Shown one piece after another: positions 1-2,353 of a stretch of 2,353 bases of DNA. The stretch comes from Escherichia coli. GTDB taxonomy: Bacteria; Pseudomonadota; Gammaproteobacteria; Enterobacterales; Enterobacteriaceae. The notes beneath the pieces were generated by a model that made no database searches, was not told where the DNA came from, and saw only the letters and a program-made list of their open reading frames with translations. The stretch's first letter is position 1. Every line of letters starts with the position of its first letter. The stretch lies in the NCBI RefSeq assembly GCF_024298765.1, contig NZ_CP101219.1, one strand, 5' to 3'. Both the position numbers and the translations under genes were made by a program.

Positions 1-120
1 TGTCAGTCCTTCGTTCTTCGCTCGCCGTCTGATTTCGCTTGCGAGTCTGTTATTTACTCTAAGGGTGATAACCTTAGTTCTCTGCCGTACTTCTGAACCA
101 CTACGTTTATTTTTAGCCAT
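1..120 (-). CDS. N-terminal segment of an RHH-domain protein, candidate MbeC/MobC-like mobilisation accessory protein. Start codon at 120-118; the frame runs off the window start.
   Basis: Minus-strand translation from ATG(120-118) gives MAKNKRSGSEVRQRTKVITLRVNNRLASEIRRRAKNEGLT, with no stop before position 1. KVITLRV followed by NNRLASEIRRRAKNEG is the beta-strand plus first helix of a ribbon-helix-helix fold. A GGAGAG Shine-Dalgarno (plus-strand ctctcc, 129-134) sits 8 nt upstream of the ATG. Not in the ORF track because it is truncated at the window edge. Confidence 0.6.
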   Translation of the reverse strand, partial: MAKNKRSGSEVRQRTKVITLRVNNRLASEIRRRAKNEGLT

Positions 121-140
121 CGCAATGACTCTCCATTTTG

Positions 141-240
141 CACGTTTGGGGTGTCGGGGCTTGCCCTGACAGGAGGTATTCTCATGCAAGCGAATGTATT
201 CGCGGTATGACGAATACACATCCTGTCCCATTTTCCGCTA
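141..240. other. Candidate origin of transfer (oriT/bom-like) of the ColE1/MOBP5(HEN) type, upstream of the RHH gene start.
   Basis: GGGGTGTCGGGGC at 148-160 matches, from my recollection, the GGGTGTCGGGGC motif next to the bom/nic region of pBR322 and pUC backbones. It is followed by a GGGCttGCCC hairpin and nested inverted repeats GCGAATgtATTCGC (189-202) and GTATTCG-N9-CGAATAC (195-217). Its position just upstream of an MbeC-like gene matches ColE1-type MOB module layout. The nick site cannot be located by eye. Confidence 0.35.
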
Positions 241-540
241 CAACTTTTCGACGAAAATAAAATACCGCGTCGTAACTTGGTATTTCTGATACAAAAAAAG
301 ATGCTTTATTCAATATTATTTACACAGATTTTAAAAGTTATTGTTTGTTATTTAATAAATAACGCAAAATTAATTTAATCTTTTGTTCTTTGTCGTTTTT
401 TGATTATTGACTAAATAAAGATTATGTCTTCCTGATTATATAATCTATTGCCTGTTAGTGATACGGAGTGCGTCCAGAGAACAGGAGGCAGAAGAGCAAG
501 ATAGTAGCATGTGCATAAAATACAAAATTGTGAGTTATTG

Positions 541-552
541 ATATCGCGATTA
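541..552. repeat. Recurring palindromic motif ATCGCGAT, here as the 12-mer ATATCGCGATTA; further copies at 1181-1188 and 1519-1530.
   Basis: Exact 12-mer ATATCGCGATTA at 541-552 and 1519-1530 (the latter inside the 5' part of rep); 8-bp palindrome ATCGCGAT also at 1181-1188. Three copies of a specific 8-bp palindrome in 2.35 kb of mostly AT-rich DNA is far above chance. Confidence 0.5.
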
Positions 553-597
553 TATATTAAAAATATGACTTAATATTGCTCTTAATATTTATTTTTC

Positions 598-1200
598 CCT
601 CGCAATGGGAGCATTAATCACCGTACAGTGCTCCGCCAGATGCTGGCGGCCTCAAATCCACCAAGCCGCCACGGTTCCGGCAGCGCCTTGAGCGCAACCG
701 GAAACCGACTGGGGAGAACCCCAGACCCCCACCGCTGCAACATCATCGGTCTGCGACCACCTACCAACCGAGTGGCTGCCTGTACCGTGCAAACGGGCTT
801 TGCAGGGGGCTGGCGCGGTTCCTGGCGACCTGAAAGCCCCTGGTTAGGGGTATCGGCGCGCCTGGCTTCCTGAAACCCTCTGTAAGCGTTTTTCGCGCCT
901 TCCATGCCCTGACGGGCATTTAGACCCCGTTTTGTGCGTTTGGGAAGTTCTGAGCGCGTTTAACAGATGGCCAGCGACTCGATCGCCTAGAATCAAATCG
1001 GGATCATCAACGATATGCGAGAGGTGGCACCGCTCGCCGCAGCCCCAGCGACCGAGCCGCCAGGCTCGCGAGTGGGCGAGGAAGCGGAAGGGAATCTGAT
1101 TCAACATAGTGCACTTACGCACAGAATTTGGCCTACGCGCCCGCGTCCGTGCACACGTTTAATAAGAATTAAGAAGGGAAATCGCGATAAACCGCGCCAA
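598..1200. other. GC-rich island with no credible coding frame; candidate structured noncoding RNA or cis-acting DNA element, function unknown.
   Basis: Abrupt change from AT-rich flanks to G/C-majority sequence. The four ORFs in the track here (63-95 aa) overlap on both strands and are Arg/Trp/Gly/Pro-rich, as expected for chance frames in GC-rich DNA. Hairpins: CCGCCAG-atg-CTGGCGG (633-649); nested CGGTTCCGG...GCGC-cttga-GCGC...CCGGAAACCG (672-707); CCCCT-ggtt-AGGGG (837-850); ATGCCC-tgac-GGGCAT (904-919). Palindromes: GGCGCGCC (855-862), CTCGCGAG (about 1064-1071), GTGCAC at 1110-1115 and 1149-1154. Confidence 0.4.
821..880 (+). repeat. Imperfect 20-bp direct repeat CCTGGCnnCCTGAAAnCC (821-840 and 861-880) flanking a hairpin and the GGCGCGCC palindrome.
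   Basis: cctggcgacctgaaagcccc versus cctggcttcctgaaaccctc, 16 of 20 identical, start-to-start spacing 40 bp. A third CTGGCG copy lies at 810-815. Confidence 0.5.
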
Positions 1201-1332
1201 TCCTAGAATCTAATGATCAGGATATTGATCTAACGTATCAGAATAGAGCATCTAACATATCAATCTCTTGATACTTAAAATATTAATTGTTTGTTTTTTG
1301 CTCACCTTTGATGTGCTTTAATTGATATTTAA

Positions 1333-1352
1333 GGTATCAGAATTGTGATACC
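1333..1352. repeat. Palindromic operator/iteron 1: GGTATCA-gaattg-TGATACC.
   Basis: Perfect 7-bp inverted arms with a 6-bp spacer, read directly from the sequence. Confidence 0.6.
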
Positions 1353-1367
1353 AGTCGATTCGGTTTA

Positions 1368-1396
1368 TTGACATCTGGAGATTTTTTCTTGATAGT
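1368..1396 (+). promoter_or_regulatory. Candidate sigma70 promoter of rep: -35 TTGACA (1368-1373), 17-bp spacer, -10 GATAGT (1391-1396).
   Basis: Consensus -35 hexamer; the -10 matches TATAAT at 4 of 6 positions; ideal 17-bp spacing; correctly placed about 40 bp upstream of the rep ATG. Confidence 0.45.
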
Positions 1397-1398
1397 CG

Positions 1399-1420
1399 AG
1401 GTATCAGTTTATTGATACCT
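1399..1420. repeat. Palindromic operator/iteron 2: AGGTATCA-gtttat-TGATACCT, overlapping the predicted rep transcription start and just upstream of the RBS.
   Basis: Perfect 8-bp inverted arms with a 6-bp spacer; same core as operator 1, centre-to-centre spacing about 67 bp; lies between the candidate -10 (1391-1396) and the Shine-Dalgarno (1421-1425). Confidence 0.6.
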
Positions 1421-1434
1421 GAGGGTGTAAAATA

Positions 1435-1968
1435 ATGAGCAAGGCTTTAAACAAACGATTTAGTGAAAATCCTTTCATCAAAGATTTGATAATTCCTGTA
1501 AAAAACAAACAAGTAAGAATATCGCGATTAGGAGAAGATAATAACATAATGATTAACCAATCAACTGGAGAGGTTTTAGGGGGAACTTCGGTAGTAACTT
1601 ATAAAAAAGTTGATAGTGATAATTTTATTAAATTGTTTACCCAAAATATAAAATTGGCTTTCGAGTTAACACAAGCTGGTCAAAAAGCACTATTTGTTTT
1701 ATTTTGGGCAGTACAAAATAAAACAAATAATGATCTAGTCTTATTAGATCAATACACGCTAAATGATTTTATAAATGAAAACAAAGGTTTAACTATGTCC
1801 CTTCCAACATTCAAACGTGGGCTTGGGGAGTTGGTAAAATCACAAATATTAGCAATGAATAAGCGAAAGGGATTTTATTATATAAATCCTAATTTTGTTT
1901 TTAATGGTGATAGAGTTGCATTCACAACAGTTCTTGAAATGAATAAATCGAGTCATAAAGATAAATGA
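1435..1968 (+). CDS. repL: Plasmid replication protein, RepL family (177 aa).
   Basis: Intact ORF with ATG and Shine-Dalgarno, low-GC codon usage. C-terminal pattern ...LPTFKRGLGELVKSQILAMNKRKGFYYINPNFVFNGD resembles the winged-helix region and the conserved NP...GD motif I recall from RepL proteins such as staphylococcal pSN2 RepL. Palindromic operators and a promoter lie directly upstream. Family assignment is from recalled similarity, not a search. Confidence 0.6.
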   Translation: MSKALNKRFSENPFIKDLIIPVKNKQVRISRLGEDNNIMINQSTGEVLGGTSVVTYKKVDSDNFIKLFTQNIKLAFELTQAGQKALFVLFWAVQNKTNNDLVLLDQYTLNDFINENKGLTMSLPTFKRGLGELVKSQILAMNKRKGFYYINPNFVFNGDRVAFTTVLEMNKSSHKDK

Positions 1969-1978
1969 CAATGTATTA

Positions 1979-2018
1979 AAACCCGCCAAATTGGAATTTC
2001 AAATTTATTGGCGGGTTT
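1979..2018. terminator. Candidate bidirectional intrinsic terminator between the convergent rep and RHH genes.
   Basis: Perfect 11-bp stem AAACCCGCCAA (1979-1989) / TTGGCGGGTTT (2008-2018) with an 18-nt AT-rich loop. It is flanked by T/A-rich sequence on both strands, 11 nt after the rep stop and 30 nt after the RHH gene stop. The loop is longer than typical, hence moderate confidence. Confidence 0.5.
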
Positions 2019-2047
2019 AATATTCGTGACGGCTAGCGCCGAAGATT

Positions 2048-2353
2048 TTAGCTAAATGTGTTTGAGCCAGGATATTTATTTTTATGATGCCGTTTTATTA
2101 TTTTTATTTCCTGTTTTAATAAATCCATTTGATTATATATATCAGAAATTCGCTTCGTTACTATTTTCATTTCATCGCAAAGTAAAATTATTTTATGCAT
2201 CACCTCGAGGTACTCTTTATCCTTCGGCCGCTTTCCCTTATCAAATAATTTCTTCTGCATCCGACCAAGTCGGATTAATTCATATAAATACCTGGAAGGT
2301 ACGCGCTGTTTTATTTCATTATTTAAACTTGCCGTCCTGATATATTCTGAAAT
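2048..2353 (-). CDS. C-terminal segment of the same RHH protein if the molecule is circular. The frame is open from the window end (2353) to the TAA stop at 2050-2048.
   Basis: The reverse complement of 2261-2353 translates without a stop as ISEYIRTASLNNEIKQRVPSRYLYELIRLGR and continues into the 70-aa ORF listed at 2048..2260. Codon boundaries land exactly on 2353 and on position 1, so ...EGLT (ending at position 1) joins ISEYIRTASL (starting at 2353) in frame. This completes the second RHH helix (GLT-ISEYIR). Combined protein is 141 aa. Confidence 0.5.
   Translation of the reverse strand: MSEYIRTASLNNEIKQRVPSRYLYELIRLGRMQKKLFDKGKRPKDKEYLEVMHKIILLCDEMKIVTKRISDIYNQMDLLKQEIKIIKRHHKNKYPGSNTFS

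Larger units (their letters stand above)
1200..1434. promoter_or_regulatory. Rep control region and candidate vegetative origin: AT-rich, with iteron-like GTATCA/TGATAC half-sites, two palindromic operators and the rep promoter.
   Basis: Half-sites GTATCA at 1235-1240 and TGATAC at 1269-1274; full palindromes at 1333-1352 and 1399-1420; AT-rich stretch about 1275-1330; one match to the IHF consensus WATCAANNNNTTR at 1258-1270; Shine-Dalgarno GAGGG (1421-1425) 9 nt before the rep ATG. Confidence 0.5.

Noticed and set aside
121-240. Possible N-terminal extension of the RHH protein to an upstream in-frame ATG (231-229)
   Set aside because: The frame is open, but the ATG at 120 has a far better RBS, and the extension would be translated through the oriT-like motif and inverted repeats.
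301-378. 25-codon hydrophobic mini-ORF (MLYSILFTQILKVIVCYLINNAKLI), considered as a type I toxin-like peptide
   Set aside because: No Shine-Dalgarno upstream; AT-rich DNA produces such frames by chance. Not excluded, only unsupported.
300-600. Strong sigma70 promoter reading into the GC island
   Set aside because: TTGACT (407-412) and TATAAT (439-444) are 26 bp apart; other -35/-10 pairs have poor hexamers. No promoter could be supported by eye.
628-873. 81-aa plus-strand ORF (GTG start) in the GC island
   Set aside because: Same reasons; fully overlapped by the minus-strand frame and by hairpin-forming sequence.
618-905. 95-aa minus-strand ORF in the GC island
   Set aside because: Overlaps three other ORFs in different frames; Arg/Pro/Gly/Trp-rich composition typical of chance frames in GC-rich DNA; no RBS and no recognisable motif.
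844-1122. 92-aa minus-strand ORF in the GC island
   Set aside because: Cys/Trp/His/Arg-rich, no RBS, no motif. A frameshifted pseudogene joining this with 618..905 was considered, but the translation resembles no protein family I recognise.
598-1200. ColE1-type RNAI/RNAII origin, tRNA or CRISPR array in the GC island
   Set aside because: No resemblance to the ColE1 RNAI sequence as I recall it; no cloverleaf with a T-loop motif; no regularly spaced identical repeats with unique spacers.
1140-1200. XerCD/cer-like multimer resolution core near the island edge
   Set aside because: No convincing match to the XerC and XerD binding-arm consensus with a 6-8 bp central region.
1015-1206. 63-aa plus-strand ORF at the end of the GC island
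   Set aside because: Low-complexity Ala/Pro/Arg-rich translation with no RBS; it runs into the origin repeats.
590-1210. GC island as an inserted MITE or IS element
   Set aside because: No terminal inverted repeats or flanking target-site duplication at the composition boundaries.
2056-2340. 94-aa plus-strand ORF antisense to the RHH gene
   Set aside because: Opposite-strand shadow of the better-supported minus-strand frame, which is continuous with a recognisable RHH domain; no RBS.

Overview
The window reads as a complete, circularly permuted mini-plasmid of about 2.35 kb rather than a fragment of a larger locus; circularity is inferred, not observed. The open reading frame running off the window start (minus strand, ATG at 120-118) is exactly in frame with the open frame entering from the window end (2353 down to a TAA at 2050-2048). 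The join reconstitutes one ribbon-helix-helix (RHH) domain, giving a 141-aa protein. Content: (1) that RHH protein, most consistent with a MbeC/MobC-type mobilisation accessory protein; (2) immediately upstream of its start, a ColE1/pBR322 bom-like motif (GGGTGTCGGGGC) with inverted repeats, a candidate oriT; (3) an AT-rich spacer (about 300-600); (4) a GC-rich island of about 600 bp (about 598-1200) with no credible ORF but many hairpins and direct repeats, function unknown; (5) an AT-rich replication control region with a consensus -35 and two GGTATCA-N6-TGATACC palindromes; (6) a 177-aa RepL-family replication protein (1435-1968, +); (7) a GC-stem hairpin between the convergent rep and RHH genes, a likely bidirectional terminator. 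No relaxase, CRISPR array, tRNA, rRNA or transposase is visible. Everything is from reading the sequence by eye; no searches or folding were run, and motif matches to known plasmids are from memory.
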